Below, one piece after another: positions 47,356 through 56,446 of a stretch of DNA of 64,000 nucleotides. The stretch is from positions 103,107-167,106 of the forward strand of contig CALWPK010000001.1 in NCBI GenBank assembly GCA_944383415.1. Reading direction: 5' to 3'. Under the pieces are notes generated by a model. That model saw only the letters and a list, made by a program, of their open reading frames with translations. It ran no database searches and was not told the DNA's origin. Numbering within the stretch: position 1 is the stretch's first letter; every line of letters starts with the position of its first letter. Source of the DNA: an uncultured Clostridia bacterium. GTDB taxonomy: Bacteria; Bacillota; Clostridia; Christensenellales; UBA1242. A program made the translations under genes and the position numbers.

Positions 47356-48868
47356 TCGAATTTTCTTTGTCTAATGGCTTGGTGATAGGGAAGAGGATCG
47401 TCTCCCTAATATTTTCCAAATCTAACAAGTGGTAGATAAATATATCTATTCCGAATCCTATGCCCGAAATTGGCGGGAAGCCGTGCTCCATAGCCAAGAT
47501 GTATTCTTTGTCATAATCCATTGCCTCCGCATCTCCGCGCTGTTTTGCTCGTGCTTGTTCTTCGAAATTTCGCTTTTGTTGGATAGGATTTACCAACTCG
47601 CTATACCCTTTCACCATTTCTTGACCATCGATCACGAGTTGGAACATCTCAATGATACGATCATCACCATCGCTATATCTTGCCAGCGGAACGACATTTG
47701 GATAATTGTATAATATGGTAGGTTCCACAATATTTGGTCTAATTTTGCGTTTGTAAACTAGGTCAATCAGTCCTCCTACTGTGAATTGATCTGCCATTTC
47801 GAATTCTTCTAGCAATTTTTTCTTGCGGATTAAATTCTTGAATTCGTCTACGTCTGTGATATCCAAAACATTGGAACCTACTATCTCATTGACCTTAGCC
47901 AAGAAATCTATTCTAGGGAACTCATTAGGCAGTTTGATCACTCTGCCATTCGCCGTGAATTCGTACTTTCCGAACACAAATTTGCACACTTCTCTAAACA
48001 TTTCGGTATAAAATTTGATACTATCTTCGAAATCCCAATACGCAGCATAACTCTCTAGCATAGTGAACTCTTGAAGTTTATCTACTGAGATACCTTCGTT
48101 CCTGAAATCTTTGGCAAATTCATATATTTTATCGAAACCACAGGCTATAACACGCTTGTGGAAAGTCTCTGGTGAGATCCTTAGATTCATATCCAAGTCA
48201 AGTGCATTATGGTGCGTCCTAAATGGACGAGCGAGTGCTCCACCCACAGCATTCTGAAGAATAGGAGTTTCGATTTCTAAAAAGCCGTGCTGGTTGTAAA
48301 ACTCGCGAATAAATTGCATCACTTTGAAACGTACGAGTACGGCAAGTCTACTCTTTTCGTTTGAGATTATGTCCAGATATCGCTGACGATATCGTGCCTC
48401 TGTGTCTGTCAAGCCGTGAAATTTCTCTGGTAATCCACGAAGTGCTTTGGATAGCAATTCAAATTTTTCCACCTGTACAGTCAACTCTCCCGTCTGTGTG
48501 CGGATGAGTTCGCCTTCCACTCCTACGAAATCTCCTATATCGCAAAACTCTTTGAATTTCTTGAGTTGCTCCTCTCCCACAATGTTTTGAGACAAACTAA
48601 TCTGCACGCTAGTCCTGATCGGCAGAGTGAAATCTATTTCAAAATTGTCCCCAATGGCATATAGGCGCGCAAAAATCAGTTTGCCAAAAGTGCGCTTGAA
48701 TGTCATACGTCCTGCGATGCTCACACGCGTGCCTAATTCATATTTTTCAAGATCGTGGATTTCGTGCGTTTTATGATACTTCGCTTTATACGCCTTTTCT
48801 CCCATCTGTTCCAATTTATTTACTTTCGCAACTTTTATATCAAATTCATTCAATGTTTCGTTTTCCAT
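47327..48868 (-). CDS. lysS: Lysine--tRNA ligase (class II)
   Basis: OB-fold N-terminal domain plus class II core (RYRQRYLD, FLEIETPIL, FRNEGIS, GIGFGIDIF). The ATG at 48868 follows AGGAGAA. It has an acidic C-terminal extension. Confidence 0.95.
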   Translation of the reverse strand: MENETLNEFDIKVAKVNKLEQMGEKAYKAKYHKTHEIHDLEKYELGTRVSIAGRMTFKRTFGKLIFARLYAIGDNFEIDFTLPIRTSVQISLSQNIVGEEQLKKFKEFCDIGDFVGVEGELIRTQTGELTVQVEKFELLSKALRGLPEKFHGLTDTEARYRQRYLDIISNEKSRLAVLVRFKVMQFIREFYNQHGFLEIETPILQNAVGGALARPFRTHHNALDLDMNLRISPETFHKRVIACGFDKIYEFAKDFRNEGISVDKLQEFTMLESYAAYWDFEDSIKFYTEMFREVCKFVFGKYEFTANGRVIKLPNEFPRIDFLAKVNEIVGSNVLDITDVDEFKNLIRKKKLLEEFEMADQFTVGGLIDLVYKRKIRPNIVEPTILYNYPNVVPLARYSDGDDRIIEMFQLVIDGQEMVKGYSELVNPIQQKRNFEEQARAKQRGDAEAMDYDKEYILAMEHGFPPISGIGFGIDIFIYHLLDLENIRETILFPITKPLDKENSNEKDEDDED

Positions 48869-48958
48869 ACTTTCTCCTACCAAAAGTATAGCAATCAAAT
48901 TATGTTTTGTCAATTTATAGATTTGACTTTATTAAATTTTTAAACGACTAAACTATAA

Positions 48959-49321
48959 TTAACTATTAGATATGATATCTACTTTATTTTTTTTGATGAC
49001 GATGAAAAAATTATGCGACATAAACTGACTTTTGTTCTCATATATAATAGTTTTGTCACATCTATAATTTTGCGTTATTAAATCCATAAATTGAGTTTGG
49101 GCTTTTTCAATATATCCTACAACCTCAATATCCTTATACTTATATTTTATCGCAGATAGCAAATGATATAGTTCATCATTCAATAATTCTGATATATGAA
49201 TATATATTTTTTTTAACTGATAATTCTTGATGAGTATACACAAATTTAATAAAATTTCTATGCTTTTATTTTTTAAATACTTGCTATTTTTGATCATCAT
49301 TACACAACTATTTTCTTCCAT
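48959..49321 (-). CDS. Hypothetical protein (120 aa)
   Basis: ORF with RBS GGGAGAAAA. No recognisable motif. Confidence 0.4.
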   Translation of the reverse strand: MEENSCVMMIKNSKYLKNKSIEILLNLCILIKNYQLKKIYIHISELLNDELYHLLSAIKYKYKDIEVVGYIEKAQTQFMDLITQNYRCDKTIIYENKSQFMSHNFFIVIKKNKVDIISNS

Positions 49322-49984
49322 TTTTCTCCCATTAAATATAACTATTCTCTCAATTTTCTAACATAGGTAATCATATTTAATCAATTATACCACAATAAAT
49401 ATAATAAGTCACTCAAAAAAGATAAATTGGTGTCATAAACTGCTCAAAAAGGACAATTTGGTATAAATTTCGCTTATAGTTAGTTTAATTATGGTGCAAA
49501 TTAGACATAAAGTGATATGGACATAAAGTGATATTGAAAAATTTGAGTTATAGTGAAATTATCAAATGTTTTGCATATTTTTTCAAAAGAAAATCGTCAC
49601 AACGCGAAATAAATATGAGACTATGATACAACTCCTCAATTTGCGAAAACGCTTGAAATGGCAAGATTCAATTGAAAATATCTACACTGCTTGATTTTTG
49701 CGACATTGCAAAGATTGCAATTTTTGATATCTTTTATTTGGGCGAAAACTATAATGAGGACAAAGATGTTCTCAGTCCGTACTCCGCACCTTCTACCTAC
49801 AGCAAAAATACAATAATCAATCTAATGAAAAACTAAAATAAAGACTAATCATTGCACGAAAAAAGAGTTCGCGACCCGCTAGATCAAAATGTAATTGAAT
49901 GAACAAGATTATATGTTTTTGATCAGCATATAATTTGTGTCAATCAAAGTCAAATTTGTCTACTTTGGGTGCAAACTCTTTTTT

Positions 49985-50743
49985 CTACCTTTTAAATATA
50001 GGTTTTACGACCACGTGCCTTTTCTCGCCTTCACCGGTCGATTCTGTCGTCACGTCATCGCGATTTTGGAGTGTGGTATGCACGATACGTCTATCATAAG
50101 CGTTCATTGGATCTAGGTGAATGTTGCGTTCTATCTTCACCGCTTGCTCAGCAGTCTTTTGGGCAAGGTCTATGATTGCTTGATTCCTATTTTGCTTGTA
50201 GCCATCCACGTCTAGATACATTCGGATAGGTCCCTCGCTCCTCAGTTTCAAGCCAGACAAAAGCATCTGCAATGCCTGAAGGCTCTCTCCGTGATATCCT
50301 ATCAACTTTCCGACCTTTTCGCCCTTGATGGAAAATGATATTTCATTCTCTCCAGACTGTGCTTCAACAGTTGCATTTTCGTCTATTTTTCGAACTAGTC
50401 CCGATAGAAACTCTATTCCTCTTTTCTCTAAACGTGCGGTGTTGATTATTCTTTTTTTCTTTTCTTTCTCTTCAGTTTCAACTTCATTTGAAGAATCATC
50501 TTCTGTATTATATATTGTGACATCCATTTTATCATTTTCAAACTTTAAACTTTTTTGTTCTGTTTCTATAACAGAATTAGGCTCTGTCGTTTCCTCTCCC
50601 CAAGTCAACAACACTTTTGCCTTTTTAAACAATCCGCCAGCATCCAAGACTTTGACTTGCACATCCTCGCGCCTAAGTCCACACTCCAAGAGTCCATTCT
50701 GGATTGCCAATTCTACACTTTTCCCTGTCGCTTCTATTTGCAT
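49985..50743 (-). CDS. jag: Jag/KhpB (SpoIIIJ-associated RNA-binding protein: Jag_N, KH, R3H)
   Basis: C-terminal R3H is LDPMNAYDRRIVHTTLQ. It lies downstream of yidC. Confidence 0.85.
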   Translation of the reverse strand: MQIEATGKSVELAIQNGLLECGLRREDVQVKVLDAGGLFKKAKVLLTWGEETTEPNSVIETEQKSLKFENDKMDVTIYNTEDDSSNEVETEEKEKKKRIINTARLEKRGIEFLSGLVRKIDENATVEAQSGENEISFSIKGEKVGKLIGYHGESLQALQMLLSGLKLRSEGPIRMYLDVDGYKQNRNQAIIDLAQKTAEQAVKIERNIHLDPMNAYDRRIVHTTLQNRDDVTTESTGEGEKRHVVVKPIFKR

Positions 50744-50777
50744 AATCTCTCCTATATTTATCTTATTGTCTCTCTAT

Positions 50778-51815
50778 CTATTTTTTGTAGTTCCTACTAT
50801 ACTCCACCACTTCAATATTTCTAGATTTCATCAATATGTCTTTGTCATCTTTGTCTTTGTTCATACGTCTCAACACTAGCGAGATGATCGTAGAGATAAT
50901 TGCCGTCATCAGTGAGTTTGTGATGATATACAGAGTGAACACTACATTCGATGTCATAGCCAATATCAGCATTGTGATAGGAATCACTGCCATCATAATC
51001 TTGTTGGTTAGATTCATTTTCTGACCTTTTGGTGCAAGCAATTTCGCAGATAGCAATTGAGTCAAAAAGGATACTAAGACTGCAAATATTATTATCACGT
51101 AATATCCGTTGTTGTCTCTACCATCACCCACGATCGTGGAGGTGATGCTATCGTACCTTGCCTCTGCCAGTTCTCTATCTTCTCCCTCTAGGTTGAAATG
51201 ATCTGCATAGGCGTCAAAGTCCACAAACTGACTGGTATTCGTATCTGATTTCCAAACGTTCTTGATCCACAGCCAACTATTCTGCTCGCTCAACTCATCA
51301 TATTTGAGCATAACAGCCTCTTCTATATATTCCTCTTGAGTCAAGTCCGTATCTGTAAGAGTAGCATATTCCGTCTCCGCCTCAATATATGCTTTGTCCA
51401 ATTCTTGATAGGTCGTATACAATTTTTCATTACCATAGGAACGTATGCTCGAATACAAGGTGAACAATACTATCAGTGAAATTGCCATAGTGACGAGCAT
51501 CGTGATACACATACCGCCGACATTGACTTTGTATTTCTTATATAACTTATTCGTCTCTTGATTCAATTTCTCGCGATCGTTTTTGTACTTTTCTTGCAAC
51601 TCATTGATCTCGGGCTGTATCACAGCCATCACACGTGACTGCTTTTGAGTGGACACGCGCTGGAACACGTCCAGCGGACTCAGCACGAGTTTCAAACAGA
51701 TAGTAAAAACTATGATTGCCCACCCATAGTTGACAATCGTCCTTGCGAAGAAGTCTATAATGATAGTCCAAAGGTCGCTAGCAAGTAGCATACTCACACT
51801 ATTCAACATTTCCAT
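50778..51815 (-). CDS. yidC: Membrane protein insertase YidC/SpoIIIJ (Oxa1 family)
   Basis: Polytopic ORF in the rnpA-yidD-yidC-jag context. LSPLDVFQRVSTQKQ..MAVIQPEINELQEKYK is typical of the 60-kDa inner-membrane insertase core. Confidence 0.88.
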   Translation of the reverse strand: MEMLNSVSMLLASDLWTIIIDFFARTIVNYGWAIIVFTICLKLVLSPLDVFQRVSTQKQSRVMAVIQPEINELQEKYKNDREKLNQETNKLYKKYKVNVGGMCITMLVTMAISLIVLFTLYSSIRSYGNEKLYTTYQELDKAYIEAETEYATLTDTDLTQEEYIEEAVMLKYDELSEQNSWLWIKNVWKSDTNTSQFVDFDAYADHFNLEGEDRELAEARYDSITSTIVGDGRDNNGYYVIIIFAVLVSFLTQLLSAKLLAPKGQKMNLTNKIMMAVIPITMLILAMTSNVVFTLYIITNSLMTAIISTIISLVLRRMNKDKDDKDILMKSRNIEVVEYSRNYKK

Positions 51816-52078
51816 TTATAATTCCCTGACAAATTTAATTTAACAAAGTCATATCCCGCCTTGTGATTCGGACGGCATCTAAGCAAGCGCTTAATCGTGT
51901 ACACTGAGCCAATGATTGCTCCAAATTCTATGAAACTATCCACTGCATATCTGCTACACGTGGGGATATAGTGGCAACTGTTTGGAAGAAAATATCTAAT
52001 GATACACCTATATATCGACATAAGAAATAGGCATATCAAAGTCAATGGATAGGTCACTACATAATAGAATCTAAACAT
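51803..52078 (-). CDS. yidD: Membrane protein insertion efficiency factor YidD
   Basis: CHYIPTCSRYAVDSFIEFG ... RLLRCRPNHKAGYD. Confidence 0.85.
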   Translation of the reverse strand: MFRFYYVVTYPLTLICLFLMSIYRCIIRYFLPNSCHYIPTCSRYAVDSFIEFGAIIGSVYTIKRLLRCRPNHKAGYDFVKLNLSGNYKWKC

Positions 52079-52432
52079 CTATATTTCCTTTTTCTCTGCC
52101 TTCAACAGCCCATTTTTTTTCAGGACAGTCAATAGTTCCCTTTCAATATCTGTCGATTTTTTGTCCACAATATTTGCTCTCGGTGTAATCACATAATTTT
52201 TGATCGCCAATTTGGATATATTGTGCCTCAATGCCTCGCTAATAATGCGTTTCACTCGACTCCGCACGACAGAATTGCCCACCTGCTTTGATACAGAGAT
52301 TCCCACCTGAGGATAGGGTCGATATGTCCTGACATAGTGCATCACAAAACTAGGTGCGTGAAGGACTTCGCCCTTTTTGTACACGTAATTAAACTCTTTC
52401 CTTTTTTTCAAACGATTAATTCTACTCAACAT
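52079..52432 (-). CDS. rnpA: Ribonuclease P protein component
   Basis: 117 aa and basic. RINRLKKRKEFNYVYKKG ... VGNSVVRSRVKRIISEA (RNR motif). It lies downstream of rpmH. Confidence 0.9.
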   Translation of the reverse strand: MLSRINRLKKRKEFNYVYKKGEVLHAPSFVMHYVRTYRPYPQVGISVSKQVGNSVVRSRVKRIISEALRHNISKLAIKNYVITPRANIVDKKSTDIERELLTVLKKNGLLKAEKKEI

Positions 52433-52449
52433 AAAAACTACAATTGTGA

Positions 52450-52590
52450 CTATTTCGTGTTAGTCAAATCTTTTTTCCCTTTGTTTCTACGTCTTTTAAG
52501 AACTTTTCTACCTGACAAAGTCTTCATTCTCGCTCTGAAACCGTGAACTTTGTTGCGTTGTCTTTTCTTTGGTTGATAAGTCTGTTTCAT
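52450..52590 (-). CDS. rpmH: 50S ribosomal protein L34
   Basis: Below the track size cutoff. My translation is [55 protein letters not shown]. Confidence 0.95.
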   Translation of the reverse strand: MKQTYQPKKRQRNKVHGFRARMKTLSGRKVLKRRRNKGKKDLTNTK

Positions 52591-52617
52591 AGTCTCTCCT
52601 TTTAATTGTACTAGATT

Positions 52618-52646
52618 ATGATATCAAATTCTTGAACTATTGTCAA
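52618..52646 (-). promoter_or_regulatory. Sigma-A-type promoter of rpmH
   Basis: On the minus strand: TTGACA (52646-52641), 17-nt spacer, TATCAT (52623-52618). Confidence 0.5.
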
Positions 52647-52709
52647 TAATTACAAAGAAAAAAATCAAATAGCAAATATTCGACATTTTCAAGCAAATTT
52701 ATCTTTTCC

Positions 52710-52968
52710 TATTTGATTTTATTTGATTTCTATTTGATTTCACCTTGTAAAATGGCGCGACTTGTCTATTTAATTTTTTTGAATCCCGTTTTCGGCAATC
52801 AAAATTCCAATTAATTTTTGAATCCCGTTTTCGGCGATCGAATTTTTTGATCCATTCATATCTTTAAACTCAAATCGCATTGATGTTCAAACTCGTTTAC
52901 ATTATGTACTCAAATTGCATTGATGTTTCTTACTTTATAGACTTTGCACTCGCATTGCATTGAATTTT
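52710..52968. repeat. Several short direct-repeat sets upstream of rpmH
   Basis: ATTTGATTT occurs 3 times (52710-52741). TTTTTGAATCCCGTTTTCGGC(A/G)ATC occurs twice (about 52774 and 52815, ~41-nt period). ACTCAAAT(C/T)GCATTGATGTT occurs twice (52868, 52908), with a degenerate third copy near 52946. Confidence 0.6.
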
Positions 52969-53188
52969 CACATATTCGTTCAAATAAATTTTACATTTTC
53001 AATAAAATGGCGAATCCTATTGAATTCACTATGATTTTATTCTATTAAAAATAGCAAAAATCATTGAATTATTCGAACGTTTGTTTGATAAAGCAAGTTA
53101 AATAAACTTTCGGAGGACTAAATAATGTTCGGCAATTTTTTGATACAAAGTTTTAAAATTTGATTAAAATTTTTCCAAAACATTATAT

Positions 53189-53845
53189 CTATTCTGCATC
53201 AAATAGACAAAAAAGCACTTCCTCTATCTCAATATCCTCAGGGACCAACACATTTCCGATCGCCTCTCTGACCCTCATATTGTCTGCATAAACTCCCATT
53301 TTTGCCGTGCCTTCAAATTTTGAGTTTGATTGAATTGGTCCATCAAATGTTTCGAAACTCACTTTTTTGCAATCTTTCAATTTCTTCCCAGCACTTTTCG
53401 CTATCGCTTCAGCCTTTGATTTCGCGTTCTTGAAAGCGAGGTCAATGCACTTTGACTTGGCACCGTCTTCGTTCTTCAACATAAACGCAATATTTACGCG
53501 CGGACCGTCTTTTAGTTTGCTGATCTCTTGCACGATGTCGGCAAGGCGTGCGATATCATATCCGAATTCCATATTCGCGTTGTGATTGTATATGTAGCCC
53601 AAACGTACATTTTCTTGTTTCTTTGGGTCATATTTTATCTCCTCATAGACTCTGAATGAATTTGTTTTGAAATCTGTCTTTTTGTAGCCCAATTTTTCCA
53701 ATAGTTGCACGAATGAGTCCACCGCCCTCACGCCATCCGACAATGCCTTATCGTAAACCTGAGATTTGACATTGAAATCAAAATTCAAATGGATGATTTC
53801 GGGTGCAAATTTTTTGATTCCTATCCCTTTGCTAATTATTTCCAT
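53189..53845 (-). CDS. SIMPL (DUF541)-like protein, no signal peptide
   Basis: 218 aa with RBS AAGGAGAA. Overall similarity of layout to SIMPL-family proteins. Moderate confidence only. Confidence 0.5.
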   Translation of the reverse strand: MEIISKGIGIKKFAPEIIHLNFDFNVKSQVYDKALSDGVRAVDSFVQLLEKLGYKKTDFKTNSFRVYEEIKYDPKKQENVRLGYIYNHNANMEFGYDIARLADIVQEISKLKDGPRVNIAFMLKNEDGAKSKCIDLAFKNAKSKAEAIAKSAGKKLKDCKKVSFETFDGPIQSNSKFEGTAKMGVYADNMRVREAIGNVLVPEDIEIEEVLFCLFDAE

Positions 53846-53977
53846 AATTTCTCCTTATATTTATTTCATTTTTGTTTGATATAGGTGCCAATTTTATGAT
53901 TCTAGTCTTAAATGTTTGGTTCCACCTGCGTTTATTGTTTGAAATTGCCAGCCATTCACGAATCTCGAAAATAAATT

Positions 53978-54323
53978 CCTTTTGCTTGCCTGCTCCGCTT
54001 TCCCTCTACGCACTAGTGCTTGTGGGAACCCTTTGTCGTCGAAGATATGGAAAAGTCTATCTTCGCTATACCTATTAGGTTATCCAGTATCTTAACCTTT
54101 CAACCCTCTAGACTGTCTATCCATATCTGCATCGCAGTCTACGCTTTTGCTAGAGTGACAAAGCACTCATAGCCTTTTGCTTGCCTGCTCCGCTTTCCCT
54201 CTACGCACTAGTGCTTGTGGGAACCCTTTGTCGTCGAAGATATGGAAAAGTCTATCTTCGCTATACCTATTAGGTTATCCAGTATCTTAACCTTTCAACC
54301 CTCTAGACTGTCTATCCATATCT
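53978..54323. repeat. 151-bp direct repeat (53978-54128 and 54173-54323, 195-nt period), each copy carrying an inverted H-type hairpin
   Basis: The two copies look identical by eye. Each contains TCCCTCTACGCACTAGTGCTTGTGGGAACCC (54001-54031 and 54196-54226, H in reverse orientation) and GTCGTCGAAGATATGGA. That 17-mer is the inverted copy of the gene sequence at 54316-54332. Confidence 0.9.
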
Positions 54324-54538
54324 TCGACGACGATGTCGCAGATTTCGCCCAAAGTGGCACAATATTTCAAGACATCCCAAGGTTCGTTGGTGTGGAAATG
54401 AATTTTAATAAGTTCACTATCTCCAACCGCGATGAGACAATCTCCCTTAAAATTTTTCATAAAATAATCTCTAATCTTGTCCTCATCCAGCCCTTTTCCC
54501 TCAATGAGTAATTGTGTATCGTATCTAAATTCTATCAT
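54287..54538 (-). pseudogene. Fragment of a DAK2-domain fusion protein (YloV-like), central segment only, 3' end replaced by repeat sequence
   Basis: GDCLIAVGDSELIKIHFHTNEPWDVLKYCATLGEICDIVVEDMDRQ matches the conserved GDS-LVV-D...KVHVHT..PG.VL...G.L..I.I.NM..Q segment of YloV, recalled from memory. There is no Dak2 domain upstream and no C-terminal half. The ORF does have an RBS (AAGGAGAA) and an ATG. Confidence 0.5.
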
Positions 54539-55020
54539 TTGTTCTCCTTTTTGATAAACATATTATGCTAGAAAAATGAAAAAAAGTAAAGCAATTTTCT
54601 CACCTTTCTTCGACTGTCATTGAAATGCCACAGATTATGCACAAAATACCTCTGATTGTCTATTTTGAGCAGATGAGAAACACCTATATCTGCCTCATTT
54701 TAATTACTCGAAATTTTAGATTTGAACAAACACTGACCGCGTATTGAACTCATTTGTGCGAAGATCTCCTGTATAAGAAACTGCTTGCGGAATATATTTT
54801 TCTAAAAAATATTGTGCACCTCAAAGCGTTTGGTGGAAAATGCAAGTAAATGGATCTCTCAAAGTATACCTCTTTGTTGCTCGATTATGAAAAGATATTT
54901 GACGTAAGGAAATTTAGCAAAAATTGTCGCAAAACCTCGCATTGAGACAATTCCAGACTATTTTTGTATAAGATAAATTTTTCGTAAAAAATTGACCATT
55001 TTAATTATGGAGGAAAATTT

Positions 55021-55713
55021 ATGAAAACAAAATTTTTCAGTCTAACTATCGTTACACTTATCCTAGCATTATTGTCCACCCTTCTTCTAGAGAATTTGAC
55101 AAATGGTGGCACTTCTTTTGCCCTAGACTATAGTGCACCAACGCTGGAGATATTCGGCAAATCAGCAATTGTCGTGCAGGCAGATCGGGCAGAAGTTTAT
55201 GTTCAGATCGAAAATGCGGATATAGATGTAGCGGTGGCAAAAGAAAAATCTATAGACCAATTCAATACTGCCAAAGATTCTCTCATCGCGAGCGGAGTCG
55301 GTGCAGATTCGATCAAAATTACTAGTCTCACCACCAACCCAAACTACGATTATTCGTCTAATAAAACTCTGGTCGGATACTACGCGATCCTCAATTTTTC
55401 ATTCAAACTAGACGACTTGTCCATATATGAGAAAAGTTTAGACAGTTTGCTTGATGCAGGAATCGCAGATGTGAATTATATCAATTTTATGCTATCTAAT
55501 GCGGATGAGATCTATCAGACAGCGCTTCGCGAGGCAGTAAACAACGCTACGCTAAACGCCCAAAACCTGCTAGGAAAAGACTCAGTCACAGTCCTTAAGA
55601 TCGAGGAGCAGAGCAGTTTCTATGCCCCAATTTTGTATAGGAATCACTCGCTAGACTCAAGCCTAGACACATCTATCGAGATCAGCGCCACTGTCAAAAT
55701 CAAATGCAAGTAA
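55021..55713 (+). CDS. Secreted SIMPL (DUF541) family protein
   Basis: Signal/TM is FFSLTIVTLILALLSTLLL. LEIFGKSAIVVQADRAEVYVQIE... is typical of the DUF541 N-terminus. RBS GGAGGA. Confidence 0.6.
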   Translation: MKTKFFSLTIVTLILALLSTLLLENLTNGGTSFALDYSAPTLEIFGKSAIVVQADRAEVYVQIENADIDVAVAKEKSIDQFNTAKDSLIASGVGADSIKITSLTTNPNYDYSSNKTLVGYYAILNFSFKLDDLSIYEKSLDSLLDAGIADVNYINFMLSNADEIYQTALREAVNNATLNAQNLLGKDSVTVLKIEEQSSFYAPILYRNHSLDSSLDTSIEISATVKIKCK

Positions 55714-55890
55714 TCAGTCAATATCAACCGCCATTCTGCCAGGAATCTCGCTCTGCCCAAAACTACACACGCTCTGCCCATAAATGACGCAGACTCTACC
55801 CATAAACGACACACTCTCTCAAAATAATTCCCTTTCCAAATTCGATCTAATAATTCATATCTTATTTGAAATTAAATTTCTTCATTGCTT

Positions 55891-56034
55891 TGTTATATCA
55901 TTGTACTATTATATCATTATGTTATTATATCATTGTACTATTATATCATTATGTTATTATATCATTGTACTATTATATCATTATGTAATTATATCATTGT
56001 ATTGTTATATTATTGTGTTATTATATCTTCATAT
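55891..56034. repeat. 16-bp tandem repeat, 9 units (three perfect 32-bp dimers, then decaying copies)
   Basis: TATTATATCATTGTAC / TATTATATCATTATGT alternate. Confidence 0.9.
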
Positions 56035-56215
56035 CATTTTCTTCTTTATTCATTAGACTCTTTCTTTGTATAGTTTACATTATGTCTTTTTCAATATTAT
56101 TATCTTCCCTCTTTTTGTCACATCGCTTCTTGTTGCTAAAATGTTTTTTGGGAAAATGATTTGAATTGGATAATTTATCTCTTTTTGAAAATATTTTTAT
56201 GTGATTGTATATAAA

Positions 56216-56259
56216 ATATAGAGCATTCGGACAAGTCGTCTCTTGCTCTATATTTTTTC
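56216..56259. terminator. Bidirectional hairpin terminator downstream of the LRR protein gene
   Basis: ATATAGAGCA-18 nt-TGCTCTATAT followed by T6, with an A/T run on the other side. Confidence 0.5.
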
Positions 56260-56446
56260 GTTGCTTTTGATATTGATATACTGTCTAGCCACTCTATTGA
56301 ACCTGGAGAGAGAATTGGTCAAGACTTATTTGTGCCAATGCCAATTCTCTTATCCCTCCTCCAATTGCTCCGCCCTGATATGACGCCTAAATCTATAGTT
56401 GTATTCAAAATACTGATCTCTTTATCTATATTTATTTCAAATTGAT

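Noticed and set aside
42083-52685. Additional Spo0A-box-like 7-mers: TGTCGAC at 42083 and TTCGACA at 52679.
   Set aside because: A 7-mer is expected several times by chance in 64 kb on two strands. Only the boxes upstream of spoIIE and spo0A are listed, at low confidence, because of their biological context.
52591-53188. oriC was expected next to rpmH.
   Set aside because: No dnaA gene follows and I found no TTATCCACA/TGTGGATAA boxes in this interval. The direct repeats present do not resemble DnaA boxes.
53872-54511. ORFs 53872..54078 and 54215..54511 on the plus strand.
   Set aside because: They read through the duplicated 151-bp repeat units, so their sequences are partly identical because of the DNA repeat. 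The second is also antisense to the yloV-like fragment.
55784-56073. ORFs 55784..56056 and 55885..56073, rich in I/L/Y.
   Set aside because: They are translations of the 16-bp AT-rich tandem repeat and are not credible genes.
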